DNA of 57,799 nt from the NCBI GenBank assembly GCA_964599705.1, contig CAZRGU010000001.1, positions 1 to 57,799 on the forward strand. The letters run 5' to 3'. Each line of letters begins with the position of its first letter. The first letter of the stretch is position 1. The position numbers and the translations under genes are program-made. The stretch comes from an uncultured Ectothiorhodospiraceae bacterium. GTDB taxonomy: Bacteria > Pseudomonadota > Gammaproteobacteria > HK1. Below are positions 22,987 through 33,324 of the stretch, in pieces. The notes beneath the pieces are model-generated. The model was not told where the DNA came from and made no database searches. It saw nothing but the letters and a program-made list of their open reading frames with translations.

Positions 22987-24728
22987 CGCCGCGGCCCGAG
23001 CGCGGCGAGCGCCACCGCCGCGCTCCGGCCGCGCACCACGACCCGGCGGCGCAGCGCCTCGGGGCCGTCGGGGGCCACCCCGAGCAGGCGCAGCGCGCCG
23101 CCCATCACCTCGGCGAACACCGGCGCGGCGACCAGTCCCCCGTAGTAGCGCCCGGCGGCGGGCTCGTCGATGACCACCACCGCGACCAGCCGCGGCCGGC
23201 TGCTCGGGGCCATCCCGGCAAACAGCGCCAGGTAGCGATCGTCGGCGTAGCCGCCGGGGATCGGCTTGCGCACCGTGCCGGTCTTGCCGGCGACCCGATA
23301 GCCGGGGACGCGGGCGCGCGGCGCGGTGCCGTCCGGCCCGACCACCGCCTCGAGCATCACCCGCAGCTCGCGGGCCACGGCCGCCGAGAACACCCGGCGC
23401 GGCGCGGCGCGCGGCCCGCCGAGCACGAAGCGCACCTCGGGGAGCAGGCCGTCGTTGGCGATCGCCGCGTAGGCGCGGGCGAGCTGCAGGGCGCTCACCG
23501 AGAGCCCGTAGCCGAAGGCCAGGGTCGCCTGCTCGACCTCGCCCCACTCGAAGTAGTGATCGAGCACCCCGTCGACCTCGCCCGGGAAGCCGCTCGCGGT
23601 GGCCGTCCCGAAGCCGACCCGGGAGAGCACCTGCCAGAGCTCGCGCGGCTCGAGGGACAGCGCGATGCGGCTCGCCCCGACGTTGCTCGACTTGCGGATC
23701 ACGGTGGCCACGTCGATGCGCCCGTAGTCGCGCACGTCGCGCACCGTGTAGCGCCCCAGGCGGTAGAAGCCGGGGCTGGTCTCGATCGGGGTGTCGGGGC
23801 GGAAGCGCCCGCTCTCGAGCGCCGCGGCGATGGTGAACGGCTTGACCGTCGAGCCGGGCTCGAACAGATCGGTGACCGCGCGGTTGCGCACCCGCGCGGC
23901 GCCGCGGTCGCCGAGGTTGTTGGGGTTGAAGGCCGGCTGGTTGGTCATCGCCAGGACCTCGCCGCTCACCGCGTCGAGCAGCACCAGCGAGCCGGCGCGG
24001 GCCCGCTCGCGGCGCACCGCGGCGGCCAGCGCCCGGTAGGCGAGGTGCTGGAGCCCGCGGTCCAGGGTCAGGCGCAGGTCCTCGCCGGGGCGCGGCGCGC
24101 GCAGCACCGCGACCTCCTCGACCACCCGCCCGAGCCGGTCGCGCAGCACCCGGCGCGCCCCGCGAGTGCCGCGCAGGCGCTCGTCGAAGGCCAGCTCGAT
24201 GCCCTCCTGGCCGACGTCGTCGATGTTGGTGAAGCCGATCACGTGGGCCGCGGCGGCCCCCATCGGGTAGTAGCGCCGGTACTCGCGCTGGAGGTTGACC
24301 CCGGGGATGGCGAGCGCGGCGACCCGCGCGGCGCGCTCGGGGTCGAGGCGCCGGGCCAGGTAGACGAACTCGCGCCGCCCGCGCTGCGCGGCCACCGCCT
24401 CGAGCCGGCGCCGGTCGAGCCCGAGCACCGCGATCAGCTCGTCCCAGCGCGCCCGGGCCGCGGCGAGCTGGGCCGGGTTGGCCCACACCGAGTCGACCGG
24501 CGTGCTGATGGCCAGCGGCTCGCCGTTGCGATCGAGGATCTTGCCGCGGTGGGCGGCGACCTCCTCGACGCGCAGGTGGCGGACCTCGCCCTGGCGCTGC
24601 AGGAAGGCGCGGTGGTTGACCTGCAGATCGACGGTCCGCCAGGCCAGCACCGCCGCGGCGAGCACCAGCAGCGCCAGCACCAGGGCGTGGCGGGCGCCGT
24701 GGACGGCGGGGCGCGCTGCGCCGTCCAT
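22983..24728 (-). CDS. ftsI: Division-specific transpeptidase PBP3
   Basis: ORF 22983..24851 trimmed to [30 protein letters not shown] (ATG 24728), with STVKP, SSN and KTGT motifs, 581 aa. Confidence 0.95.
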   Translation of the reverse strand: MDGAARPAVHGARHALVLALLVLAAAVLAWRTVDLQVNHRAFLQRQGEVRHLRVEEVAAHRGKILDRNGEPLAISTPVDSVWANPAQLAAARARWDELIAVLGLDRRRLEAVAAQRGRREFVYLARRLDPERAARVAALAIPGVNLQREYRRYYPMGAAAAHVIGFTNIDDVGQEGIELAFDERLRGTRGARRVLRDRLGRVVEEVAVLRAPRPGEDLRLTLDRGLQHLAYRALAAAVRRERARAGSLVLLDAVSGEVLAMTNQPAFNPNNLGDRGAARVRNRAVTDLFEPGSTVKPFTIAAALESGRFRPDTPIETSPGFYRLGRYTVRDVRDYGRIDVATVIRKSSNVGASRIALSLEPRELWQVLSRVGFGTATASGFPGEVDGVLDHYFEWGEVEQATLAFGYGLSVSALQLARAYAAIANDGLLPEVRFVLGGPRAAPRRVFSAAVARELRVMLEAVVGPDGTAPRARVPGYRVAGKTGTVRKPIPGGYADDRYLALFAGMAPSSRPRLVAVVVIDEPAAGRYYGGLVAAPVFAEVMGGALRLLGVAPDGPEALRRRVVVRGRSAAVALAALGPRR

Positions 24729-25000
24729 CAGCGGATCACCACCACGGTCTGCTGCGGGCGGGGTGGATGCAGGCCGAGGCGGCGGCGCGCGATCCGCTCG
24801 ATGCGGTCGTGGTTGGCCCAGGTGCTCTGCTCGAGCTGCAGCCTCCCCCACTCGATCTGGAGCGCGTCGCGGGCCCGCTCGAGGGCGACCAGCTCGCGGA
24901 AGCGTGCCCGGCGCTGGTGCTGGACATAGACGTCGCCGACCGCCGAGGCCACCAGCAGCAGGGCGGCGAGGGCCAGGGCGAGGAGCTGGCGGGGGCTCAT
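24728..25000 (-). CDS. ftsL: Cell division protein FtsL
   Basis: 90 aa, with a single TM segment followed by the coiled-coil region [25 protein letters not shown]. Confidence 0.9.
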   Translation of the reverse strand: MSPRQLLALALAALLLVASAVGDVYVQHQRRARFRELVALERARDALQIEWGRLQLEQSTWANHDRIERIARRRLGLHPPRPQQTVVVIR

Positions 25001-25935
25001 GCCGGGCGCTCGGCGACCCGCAGCACGGCGCTGCGGGCGCGCGGGTTGGCGGCCACCTCGGCGGCGCCGGCGCGCCGCGCCCGCCCGACCACGACCAGCG
25101 CCGGGGGCTGCTCGGCCGCGCGCAGCGGCAGGCGCCGCGGCGCCTCGCCGCGCTGGCAGCGGCGCAGGAAGCGCTTGACCATGCGGTCCTCGAGGGAGTG
25201 GAAGCTGATCACCGCCACCCGCCCACCCGGGGCGAGCAGCGCCGGGAGCGCGGCGAGCGCCGCCTCGAGCTCCTCGAGCTCGGCATTGACCTGGATGCGC
25301 AGGGCCTGGAAGGTCCGGGTGGCCGGATGGCGGCGGGCACGACCGGGCTCCGGAACGGCGACCCGCGCGACCAGCTCGGCGAGCTCGGCGGTGGTGGTGA
25401 TCGGGCGCTCGGCGCGCCGGGCGACGATCGCCCGCGCGATCCGCCGGGCCTGCGGCTCCTCGCCGTAGCGGCGCAGCACCCGCGCGATCTCGGCCTCGCC
25501 GGCCGCCGCCAGCCAGGCCGCCGCCGGGGTCCCGCAGGTCGGATCCATGCGCATGTCGAGCGGCCCCTCGGCAAAGCCGAAGCCGCGCCGCGGCTCGCCG
25601 AGCTGGGGGGAGGACACGCCGAGATCGAGCAACACGCCGTCTACCTCTCCGAGCAGGCCATGCGCCGCGACCACCCGCTCGAGCTCGCCGAAGCGGGCAT
25701 GCTCGACGCTCAGCCGCGGATCGGCGGCGGCGAGCCGCTCGGCGGCCGCCACCGCCTCGGGGTCGCGGTCCAGGGCGAGCACCCGGGCGCGCGGCCCGAG
25801 GCGGGCGAGCAGCGCCCGGGTGTGGCCTCCCCGCCCGAAGGTCGCGTCGACCAGGACCTGATCGCCGCCCGGGCGCAGCGCTGCGACCACCTCGTCGAGC
25901 AGCACCGGACGATGGGCGTGCTCATCGATCGCCAT
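24997..25935 (-). CDS. rsmH: 16S rRNA m4C1402 methyltransferase
   Basis: 312 aa, [10 protein letters not shown]...DATFGRGGH...[12 protein letters not shown]. Confidence 0.96.
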   Translation of the reverse strand: MAIDEHAHRPVLLDEVVAALRPGGDQVLVDATFGRGGHTRALLARLGPRARVLALDRDPEAVAAAERLAAADPRLSVEHARFGELERVVAAHGLLGEVDGVLLDLGVSSPQLGEPRRGFGFAEGPLDMRMDPTCGTPAAAWLAAAGEAEIARVLRRYGEEPQARRIARAIVARRAERPITTTAELAELVARVAVPEPGRARRHPATRTFQALRIQVNAELEELEAALAALPALLAPGGRVAVISFHSLEDRMVKRFLRRCQRGEAPRRLPLRAAEQPPALVVVGRARRAGAAEVAANPRARSAVLRVAERPA

Positions 25936-25939
25936 CCGT

Positions 25940-26398
25940 TCACATCACCAGGCCGCGCAGCGCCTCGCTGGGCGCGTCGCGCAACGACTCGACCTCCTTG
26001 AGCAGCACCTCGCGGCGCGCCGTCCACTGCTCCTCGTCCCAGAGCTCGAACTTGCGCACCTGCCCGATCATCCGCACCCGGCGCCCGAGCGAGGCGAACT
26101 CGCGTAGCGGCACCGGCACCAGGATGCGACCATGGCCATCGAGCTCGCACTCGCTGGCGTGGCCGATCAGCAGCTGCTGGACCGCGTGGGCCTGGGGATC
26201 GAGGGCGGGCAGCGCCTGGAGCTCGGACTCGATGCGCTGCCAGTCCGGCAGCGGGTAGACCACCAGGCAGCGATCGAGCAGGCTGATGGTCACCACCAGG
26301 CGCCCGGCGCAGCTCTCGGCGAGGCGCTCGCGATAGCGCGTCGGGATCGCCAGGCGGCCCTTGGAATCCATGCTCAGGGCGGACTCCCCGCGGAACAC
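25940..26398 (-). CDS. mraZ: Transcriptional regulator MraZ
   Basis: 152 aa with a GTG start, [23 protein letters not shown], and the second SpoVT/AbrB-like half [13 protein letters not shown]. Confidence 0.96.
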   Translation of the reverse strand: MFRGESALSMDSKGRLAIPTRYRERLAESCAGRLVVTISLLDRCLVVYPLPDWQRIESELQALPALDPQAHAVQQLLIGHASECELDGHGRILVPVPLREFASLGRRVRMIGQVRKFELWDEEQWTARREVLLKEVESLRDAPSEALRGLVM

Positions 26399-26423
26399 GA
26401 TCTACCCCCGCCCCCCCGGATGA

Positions 26424-26448
26424 TCCATTTTTCCCCACAATCTCCCAC
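26424..26448 (-). promoter_or_regulatory. Candidate MraZ operator: direct GTGGG repeats at a 10-bp period
   Basis: The minus strand reads GTGGGagattGTGGGgaaaaATGGA. Perfect repeats are at 26448-26444 and 26438-26434, and a degenerate third is at 26428-26424. It lies just downstream of the predicted -10. Confidence 0.45.
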
Positions 26449-26456
26449 CCGACTGA

Positions 26457-26486
26457 ATTATGGGTAGCCGCCTCCCGGCCTGTCAA
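26457..26486 (-). promoter_or_regulatory. Candidate Pmra sigma70 promoter (TTGACA-N18-CATAAT)
   Basis: On the minus strand, TTGACA is at 26486-26481 and CATAAT at 26462-26457, about 60 nt upstream of the mraZ GTG. Confidence 0.55.
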
Positions 26487-26677
26487 GGAATTCTCGACCC
26501 GGCCGCGGGCAAATCTTTCTTTCCCGACAGGCACTTAGCGGCGGGAAGGTGGCACGACGAGGGCATCGGCGAGCGGCTCGTCGAGGATCAATCGGATGGG
26601 ATTCATGCGCTTGAAGGATGAACATGACAGTTCACCTGAACTTGCACCCGACGCCGGGCAGGAGCAGACTCGTGGCT

Positions 26678-27035
<358 letters not shown>

Positions 27036-27055
<20 letters not shown>

Positions 27056-27917
27056 CTCCCTGCCCGCCCCCGGCGCGCCGCGCCAGGGCGCGCCGGTACA
27101 GCGCGTTGCGCCCCACCCCGCAGATCCGCGCCGCCAGCTCGGCGGCACGGCGCGGCGGCAGCTCGGCGGCGAGCAGGTCGAGGACCGCCTCGGGCTCGAG
27201 GGCGGGCCGCGCCGCGCGGCCGGGCGCCCCCTCGACCAGCAGCACGCACTCGCCGCGGGCCCGCTCGGGGTGGACGGCGAGCCACTCGCGCAGCTCGGCC
27301 AGGGTCGCGCTGCGCACCTCCTCGAAGGCCTTGGTGAGCTCGCGGGCGAGCGCCGCGCGGCGCTCCCCGCCGAGCCGCTCGGCGAGATCGGCGAGCGTCG
27401 CCGCGAGCCGATGGGGGGCCTCGAAGAGGCAGATGGTGCGCGGCTCGCCGGCCAGCGCCTCGAGACGGCGGCGCCGCGCCGCCCCGCGGGCCGGCAGGAA
27501 CCCCTCGAAGCAGAACCGATCGGTGGCCAGGCCGCTCACCGAGAGCGCCGCGATCACCGCGCTCGGCCCGGGCACGCAGATCACGGCCAGCCCCGCCTCG
27601 CGCAGGGCCCGGACCAGGCGGTAGCCGGGGTCGCTGATCAGCGGGGTGCCGGCGTCGCTGACCAGCGCGATCCGCGCCCCGGCCGCGATCCGGCGCACCA
27701 GCGCGGCGCAGCGCCGCGCCTCGTTGTGCTCGTGCAGGGCGCTGCTCGGGGTGGCGATCCGGTAGTGCTCGAGCAGCCGGCGGGTGTGGCGGGTGTCCTC
27801 GGCGAGGATCAGCTCGACCTCGGCGAGCACCCGTGCGGCCCGCCCCCCGAGATCCTCGAGGTTGCCGATCGGGGTCGCCACCACGTAGAGCGCCCCGCCC
27901 GATTGCGCGCTGGTCAC
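27036..27917 (-). CDS. rsmI: 16S rRNA 2'-O-ribose C1402 methyltransferase
   Basis: 293 aa, [14 protein letters not shown]...[13 protein letters not shown]...[13 protein letters not shown]. Confidence 0.95.
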
Positions 27918-28120
27918 GGTCTACTCCTCGCTGGTGCCGCCGGGCGATGGTAGCGGATGGCCCGCATCGCTCGCCGCTGCCCGAAGGTCGAGCCGTGCGC
28001 TGCGGGTGGATGCGCGGACGCCGCCTTCGCAGCCCGCCCGGGCGCGGTGCTCGAGCGTGTGGCCTTTGCCCGCCGGCGGGGTGGATGGGCTGCCTGGATT
28101 GAACGACAATCGCCGCCGCG

Positions 28121-30016
28121 ATGCGCGCTCTCCTCGATCTCCGCCTGCCGGCCGGCCGCGCGGCGCTGGCGCTGGCCGTGGCCCTGCTCGGCGCCTGCGC
28201 CGCCCCGCCCGAGCGTCCCCCCACCCCGCCTCCCGGGGCCGAGGCCGAGGCCCGCGAGCTGCTCGCCGCCGGGCGCCCGGGCGAGGCCGCCGCCGCCTAC
28301 CTGCGCCTGGCCGAGCGCGGCGGCGAGCGCGCCCCCGGCTACCGCCTCAAGGCCGCCGCGGCGCTGCTCGACGCCGGCGAGACCGGGCGAGCCGCGGCGC
28401 TGCTCGAGGCGCTCGAGGGGGCGGCCCTGGGCGCCCCGGAGCGCGCCCTGGCCACCCTGCTGCGCGCCGAGCTGGCGCTGCGCGACGGGCGCAGCGAGGA
28501 GGCCCTGGCGCGGCTCACCCCGGAGCTCGGCGCGGGGCTCGGCGGCGAGGCCGCGCGGCGCTTCCACGCGCTGCGCGCCCGGGCCCTCGAGGAGGCCGGC
28601 AACCCGGTCGAGGCGGCCCGCGAGCGGGTCGCCCTCGAGGCGCTGCTCGCCGACCCGATCGAGCGCAGCCGCAACCGCCAGGCGATCTGGAGCGACCTCA
28701 CCCGCCTGCAGCCGGCGGCCCTCGAGCGCGCCCTGCGCGGCGCCGCCCCGCCGGCGCTGGCCGGCTGGCTGGAGCTCGCCTCGATCGCCGCCCGCGCAGT
28801 CACCCACCCCGAGACCCTGGAGCGCGAGCTGGCCGCCTGGCGGGCCCGCTATCCGGGCCACCCGGCCGACGCCGAGGTGGTGCCACAGCTCACCTTCACC
28901 AGCGCCGAGCAGGCCGTGCCGGTGCGCCGGGTGGCGCTGCTGCTGCCGCTCGGCGGGCGTTTCGAGCAGGCCGCGCGGGCCGTTCGCGACGGCTTCCTCG
29001 GTGCCTGGTATGCCGATCCGCGCGCCGAGGAGCGCCCGGCGGTGCGGGTCCACGACACCACCGGCGAGGACCCCTGGGTGAGCTACAGCGCCGCGCTCGA
29101 GGACGGCGCCGACCTGGTGGTCGGACCGCTGCGCCGCGAGGCGGTCGACGCCCTGGCCGGCTCGAGCAACCGCACCCGGCCGGTGCTGGCACTGAACCGC
29201 GGCGAGGTCGCGGTGGCCCGCGACGACGCCGCCCCGCTCTACGAGTTCGCGCTCGACCCCGAGGAGGAGGCCCGGGCGCTGGCCGAGCGCGCCTGGTTCG
29301 ACGGGCGGGCGCGGGCGCTGCTCCTGCGCCCCCGCGGCGAGTGGGGCGAGCGGGTCGCGGGGGCCTTCTCGGAGGCCTTCGAGCGGCTCGGCGGGGAGGT
29401 CCTGGAGCAGGCCGTCTACGACCCCCAGGCCGACGACATGTCGGCCCCGGTGGCCGCCGGGCTGGGCGTCGTGGCGAGCCGCGAGCGGCGCCGCGCGCTG
29501 TCCCGCCAGCTCGGGGTGCGGCTCGGCTTCGAGCCGCGCCGCCGCCAGGACATCGACTTCGTGATGCTCGCCGCCTTCCCCCGCCAGGCCCGCCAGATCC
29601 GCCCCCAGATCGCCTTCCAGCAGGGCGCCGACCTGCCCGTCTACGCGACCTCGCACGTCTTCTCGGGGGTCATCGACGAGGCCGCCGACCGGGACCTCGA
29701 CGGGATCGTGTTCGGCGACATGCCCTGGGTGCTGCCCGGCGCGGCGAGCCCCGAGATCGCCGCCCTGCGCGAGCGCATGAGCGCGGCCTGGCCGGCCGCG
29801 CGCAGCGGCTTCGCGCGCCTCTACGCCTTCGGGGTCGACGCCTACCGGCTCATTCGCCACCTCGGCCGGCTGCGCGCCCAGCGCTTCGCCGAGCTCGAGG
29901 GCGCCAGCGGGCGCCTCTCGGTGAGCGCCGACGGGCGGATCGCCCGCCGGCTGCTCTGGGCGCGCTTCTCCGGCGGGCGCCCGCGGCTGCTCGACGCCCC
30001 GGCCGGGGCGCCATGA
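28121..30016 (+). CDS. lpoA: Penicillin-binding protein activator LpoA (outer-membrane lipoprotein)
   Basis: 631 aa, with the lipobox LLGAC, an N-terminal TPR-like Ala-rich region and a C-terminal periplasmic-binding-like domain. The rsmI | lpoA-yraN-dolP synteny supports the call. Confidence 0.85.
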   Translation: MRALLDLRLPAGRAALALAVALLGACAAPPERPPTPPPGAEAEARELLAAGRPGEAAAAYLRLAERGGERAPGYRLKAAAALLDAGETGRAAALLEALEGAALGAPERALATLLRAELALRDGRSEEALARLTPELGAGLGGEAARRFHALRARALEEAGNPVEAARERVALEALLADPIERSRNRQAIWSDLTRLQPAALERALRGAAPPALAGWLELASIAARAVTHPETLERELAAWRARYPGHPADAEVVPQLTFTSAEQAVPVRRVALLLPLGGRFEQAARAVRDGFLGAWYADPRAEERPAVRVHDTTGEDPWVSYSAALEDGADLVVGPLRREAVDALAGSSNRTRPVLALNRGEVAVARDDAAPLYEFALDPEEEARALAERAWFDGRARALLLRPRGEWGERVAGAFSEAFERLGGEVLEQAVYDPQADDMSAPVAAGLGVVASRERRRALSRQLGVRLGFEPRRRQDIDFVMLAAFPRQARQIRPQIAFQQGADLPVYATSHVFSGVIDEAADRDLDGIVFGDMPWVLPGAASPEIAALRERMSAAWPAARSGFARLYAFGVDAYRLIRHLGRLRAQRFAELEGASGRLSVSADGRIARRLLWARFSGGRPRLLDAPAGAP

Positions 30017-30372
30017 GCACCCGGGCGGTCGGCAGCCGCGCCGAGGAGCTGGCCCGGAGCCACCTGCGCCGGGCCGGGCTTGCCGAGGTGGCGCGCAACT
30101 GGCGATGCCGCGCCGGGGAGCTCGACCTGGTGATGCGCGACGGCGCCACCCTGGTCTTCGTCGAGGTGCGCTACCGGCGCAGCGCCGCCTTCGGCGGGGC
30201 CCTGGCCAGCGTCGACGCGCGCAAGCAGGCGCGCCTGACCCGGGTCGCCGAGCACTTTCTCGCCTGCCACCGCGCCCTCGCCTCGCTGCCCTGCCGCTTC
30301 GACGTGGTCGCCGTCTCCGGCCCCGAGGGGGCGTGCACGGTCGACTGGATCCGCGATGCCTTTGCGGCATAA
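30013..30372 (+). CDS. yraN: YraN/UPF0102 family endonuclease-like protein
   Basis: 3' part of ORF 27934..30372. [56 protein letters not shown]; ATGA overlap with the lpoA stop. Confidence 0.9.
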   Translation: MSTRAVGSRAEELARSHLRRAGLAEVARNWRCRAGELDLVMRDGATLVFVEVRYRRSAAFGGALASVDARKQARLTRVAEHFLACHRALASLPCRFDVVAVSGPEGACTVDWIRDAFAA

Positions 30373-30404
30373 TCCCGCCCCTCTGGACTGATCGAGGAAG
30401 CCCC

Positions 30405-30986
30405 GTGAACCATCCGACCCGGATTGCGCTTGCCCTGCTCGCCCTCACCGTCCCGCTGCTGGCCGGCTGCGTCGCCGCGGTCGGCGCCGGGGCGGCCGCC
30501 GGGGCCGCGGCGGTGCATGACCGGCGCACCACCGGGACCCTGGTCGACGATCAGATCATCGAGCTCAAGATCGCCAACCTGATCGGCAAGGACGCCACCC
30601 TGCGCGACGCGGTGCACGTCAACGCCACCAGCATCAACAACGTGGTGCTGCTGACCGGAGAGACGCCCAGCGAGGCGCTGCGCCGCCGGGTGGTGGCGCT
30701 GGCCCGCGGGGTCCCCAAGGTGCGCCGGGTCCACGACCAGCTGACCATCGCCGCGCCCAGCTCGCTGATGGCGCGCTCGAGCGACTCGCTGATCACCGGC
30801 AACGTCAAGGTCGCGCTGCTCGGCAACGACGAGTCGAGCGCGCTGCGCATCAAGGTGGTCACCGAGGCCGGCAGCGTCTACCTGATGGGGCTGGTGACCC
30901 GCGCCGAGGCCGACGCGGCCACCGAGGTCGTGCGCCGGGTCAGCGGCGTCAAGCGGGTGGTGCGCCTGTTCGAGTACGTCGAGTGA
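30405..30986 (+). CDS. dolP: Dual-BON-domain lipoprotein DolP (YraP)
   Basis: GTG 30405 in ORF 30105..30986, preceded by GAGGAAG. It has the lipobox LLAGC, and ...[35 protein letters not shown] closely parallels the E. coli DolP C-terminus. Confidence 0.9.
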   Translation: MNHPTRIALALLALTVPLLAGCVAAVGAGAAAGAAAVHDRRTTGTLVDDQIIELKIANLIGKDATLRDAVHVNATSINNVVLLTGETPSEALRRRVVALARGVPKVRRVHDQLTIAAPSSLMARSSDSLITGNVKVALLGNDESSALRIKVVTEAGSVYLMGLVTRAEADAATEVVRRVSGVKRVVRLFEYVE

Positions 30987-31476
30987 GCCGCTCGAGCGCC
31001 TCGCGGTAGCAGCGCGCGTCGGCCTCGCGATAGCAGCAGGCGATCAGCTCCTCGAAGCGCTCCTCGCCGGCCAGCATCTCCTCGATGGCGATCGCGGCGG
31101 CCTGCTCGAGCGGGTAGCCGTAGACTCCGGTGCTGATGGCCGGAAACGCCACCCGGCGCAGCCCCCGCTCGGCGGCCAGGCGCAGGCTGTTGCGGTAGCA
31201 GGCGCGCAGCAGCGCCGGCTCGCCGTGGCCGCCGCCGCGCCACACCGGCCCGACGGTGTGGATCACGTGGCGCGCCGGGAGCCGGTGGCCGGCCGTGATC
31301 CGGGCCTCGCCGGTCGGGCAGCCGCCGAGGGCGCGACACTCGGCGAGCAGCGCGGGCCCGGCGGCCCGGTGGATCGCCCCGTCGACCCCGCCGCCGCCGA
31401 GCAGGGTGCGGTTGGCGGCGTTGACGATCGCGTCGACCGCGAGGGTGGTGATGTCGGCGACCGTCACCGTGATCAC
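30949..31476 (-). CDS. Macro-domain protein (YmdB-like O-acetyl-ADP-ribose deacetylase)
   Basis: 175 aa, [40 protein letters not shown]...[14 protein letters not shown]. Confidence 0.9.
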   Translation of the reverse strand: MITVTVADITTLAVDAIVNAANRTLLGGGGVDGAIHRAAGPALLAECRALGGCPTGEARITAGHRLPARHVIHTVGPVWRGGGHGEPALLRACYRNSLRLAAERGLRRVAFPAISTGVYGYPLEQAAAIAIEEMLAGEERFEELIACCYREADARCYREALERLTRRTRTGAPPA

Positions 31477-31489
31477 CGCCGCCCCCGCG

Positions 31490-31882
31490 CTACTTCACGA
31501 CCTTGAGCGCCGGGCGCCGGCCACCGGGCGGCTCGGGCTCGGGCTCCGGCGCGCCCGCCTCGGGGGCGAAGGACATCCCGGCGCCGTTCTCGCGGGCCGC
31601 GATCGCCAGCACCGCCCCGATCGGGATGGAGACGTGGCGGGGCACCCCGGCGAAGCGGGCCTCGAACTCGACCCGCTGGTTGTCGATGACCAGCCCGCGC
31701 ACCGCCGCCGGCGAGCAGTTGAGCACGATCCGTCCGTCGCTGACATGGCCGCGCGGCACCTCGACCCCCTCGGCCTCGGCGTCGACCAGGATCTGCGGGG
31801 TGAGCCCGTTGTCGACCAGCCACTCGTGGATCGCGCGCAGCAGGTAGGGCCGGCTCGAGGTCATCCGGGCGCCGGTCACCAC
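31490..31882 (-). CDS. sspB: ClpXP adaptor / stringent starvation protein B
   Basis: 130 aa, [24 protein letters not shown]...[15 protein letters not shown]. The GTG start is preceded by GAGGGGG; an alternative ATG lies at 31864. Confidence 0.93.
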   Translation of the reverse strand: MVTGARMTSSRPYLLRAIHEWLVDNGLTPQILVDAEAEGVEVPRGHVSDGRIVLNCSPAAVRGLVIDNQRVEFEARFAGVPRHVSIPIGAVLAIAARENGAGMSFAPEAGAPEPEPEPPGGRRPALKVVK

Positions 31883-31906
31883 GGCTGCCCCCTCGGGCCG
31901 CGCCGC

Positions 31907-32545
31907 TCAGAGACGCATCTCGCGCTCCGGCTCCGAGAGGCTGGCATCGAAGGCCTCGCGCTCGAACAGGCGCAGCGCGAACTGCAGCAGCGGCTTGGCC
32001 TGGCGGGGCAGCTTCACCCCGAGGTGGCCGAGCCGCCAGAGCACCGGGGCGATCACGCAGTCGCCCAGGGAGAAGTCCTCGGACATGAAGAAGCGGCGCT
32101 GGCCGAGCGCCGGGGCGAGCGCGGTGAGCTGCTCGCGCAGCCTGCGCCGCGCCTCCTCGGCGGCGGCCCGATCGCCGCGCTCGATCACCTCGATCAGCGG
32201 GTACATGTCATGCTGGACGCGGTAGCGGTAGAGCCGGTTGCTGGCCCGGCTGACCGGGTCGACCGGCATCAGCGGCGGGTGCGGGAAGCGCTCGTCGAGG
32301 TACTCCATGATGATCTGGGGCTCGTAGAGCACCAGGTCCCGGTCGACCAGGGTGAGAACGGTCTCGTAGGGGTTGATCCGGGCGAGATCCTCGGGCTTGT
32401 CACCGTCGGAGACGTGCACCACCTCGACGTTGATCGCCTTCTCGGCGAGTACCAGCCGCACGGCATGGCTCGCCGGGTCGGTCGCCCCGGAGTAGAGCGT
32501 CATCACCGAGCGGCGGTTGGCGAGCAGTCCCAGCTCCGCATCCAT
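31907..32545 (-). CDS. sspA: Stringent starvation protein A (GST-like)
   Basis: ORF 31907..32566 trimmed to MDAELGLLANRRSVMTLYSG (AAGAGG Shine-Dalgarno 7 nt upstream), with IIMEYLDERFPHPPLMPVDPV. Confidence 0.93.
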   Translation of the reverse strand: MDAELGLLANRRSVMTLYSGATDPASHAVRLVLAEKAINVEVVHVSDGDKPEDLARINPYETVLTLVDRDLVLYEPQIIMEYLDERFPHPPLMPVDPVSRASNRLYRYRVQHDMYPLIEVIERGDRAAAEEARRRLREQLTALAPALGQRRFFMSEDFSLGDCVIAPVLWRLGHLGVKLPRQAKPLLQFALRLFEREAFDASLSEPEREMRL

Positions 32546-32599
32546 GTCAGCGCCTCTTGCGGTCATCCGCGGTGAACCTCGTTGTCGAACCGACCTCGG

Positions 32600-33322
32600 T
32601 CAGTGGACGTCGCGCCAGTACTCCTTGTACAGGGCGCGCGAGAGGAGCAGGAAGATCAGCAGGAACAGCAGCACCCAAGGCCCGATCCGGGCGCGGACCA
32701 GCTGCGCCGGCTCGCCGACGTAGACCAGGAAGTTGACCAGATCGCGCATCGCGGCGCGGAACTCGCCGGGCTCCATCTCCCCGGGCTCGGCCAGCTCGAG
32801 GCGCTCGATCGTCCCGTCCTCGGCGCGCACCGGGCGCTGCACGCCCTGCAGCCGCCACAGCGCGTTGGGCATCGCGACGTCCTTGAAGACCAGGTTGTTG
32901 ACCCCGAAGGGGCGGGCCGGATCGGGGTCGGCGTAGAAGCCGAGCAGGTAGCTGTAGAGCCAGTCGGGACCGCGCGAGCGGGCGATCAGGCTGAGATCGG
33001 GCGGCGTCACCCCGAACCACTTGGCCGAGTCCTCGGCGCGCATCGCCACGTCCATGGTGTCGCCGACCCTGGCCGCGCCCTGCACCAGGTTGTCGCGGAC
33101 CTGCTCGACGGTCAGCCCGAGATCGCGGGCCAGGCGGTTGTAGCGCTGGTAGCGCAGCGAGTGGCAGCCCATGCAGTAGTTGACGAACAGCTTGGCGCCG
33201 CGCTGCAGCGACGGCTTGTCATCGAGATCGACGTCGACCCGCTGGAGGCCGCCGTGCTCGGCGGCCGGAGCGGCCAGCGGCACCAGGAAGGCGAGGACAA
33301 GGAGTGCGGAGAACGGCTTCAT
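32600..33322 (-). CDS. petC: Cytochrome c1 of the bc1 complex
   Basis: ORF 32600..33550 trimmed to MKPFSALLVLAFLV (ATG 33322), with the heme site CMGCHS and a C-terminal TM anchor, 240 aa. Confidence 0.93.
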   Translation of the reverse strand: MKPFSALLVLAFLVPLAAPAAEHGGLQRVDVDLDDKPSLQRGAKLFVNYCMGCHSLRYQRYNRLARDLGLTVEQVRDNLVQGAARVGDTMDVAMRAEDSAKWFGVTPPDLSLIARSRGPDWLYSYLLGFYADPDPARPFGVNNLVFKDVAMPNALWRLQGVQRPVRAEDGTIERLELAEPGEMEPGEFRAAMRDLVNFLVYVGEPAQLVRARIGPWVLLFLLIFLLLSRALYKEYWRDVH

Positions 33323-33324
33323 GG

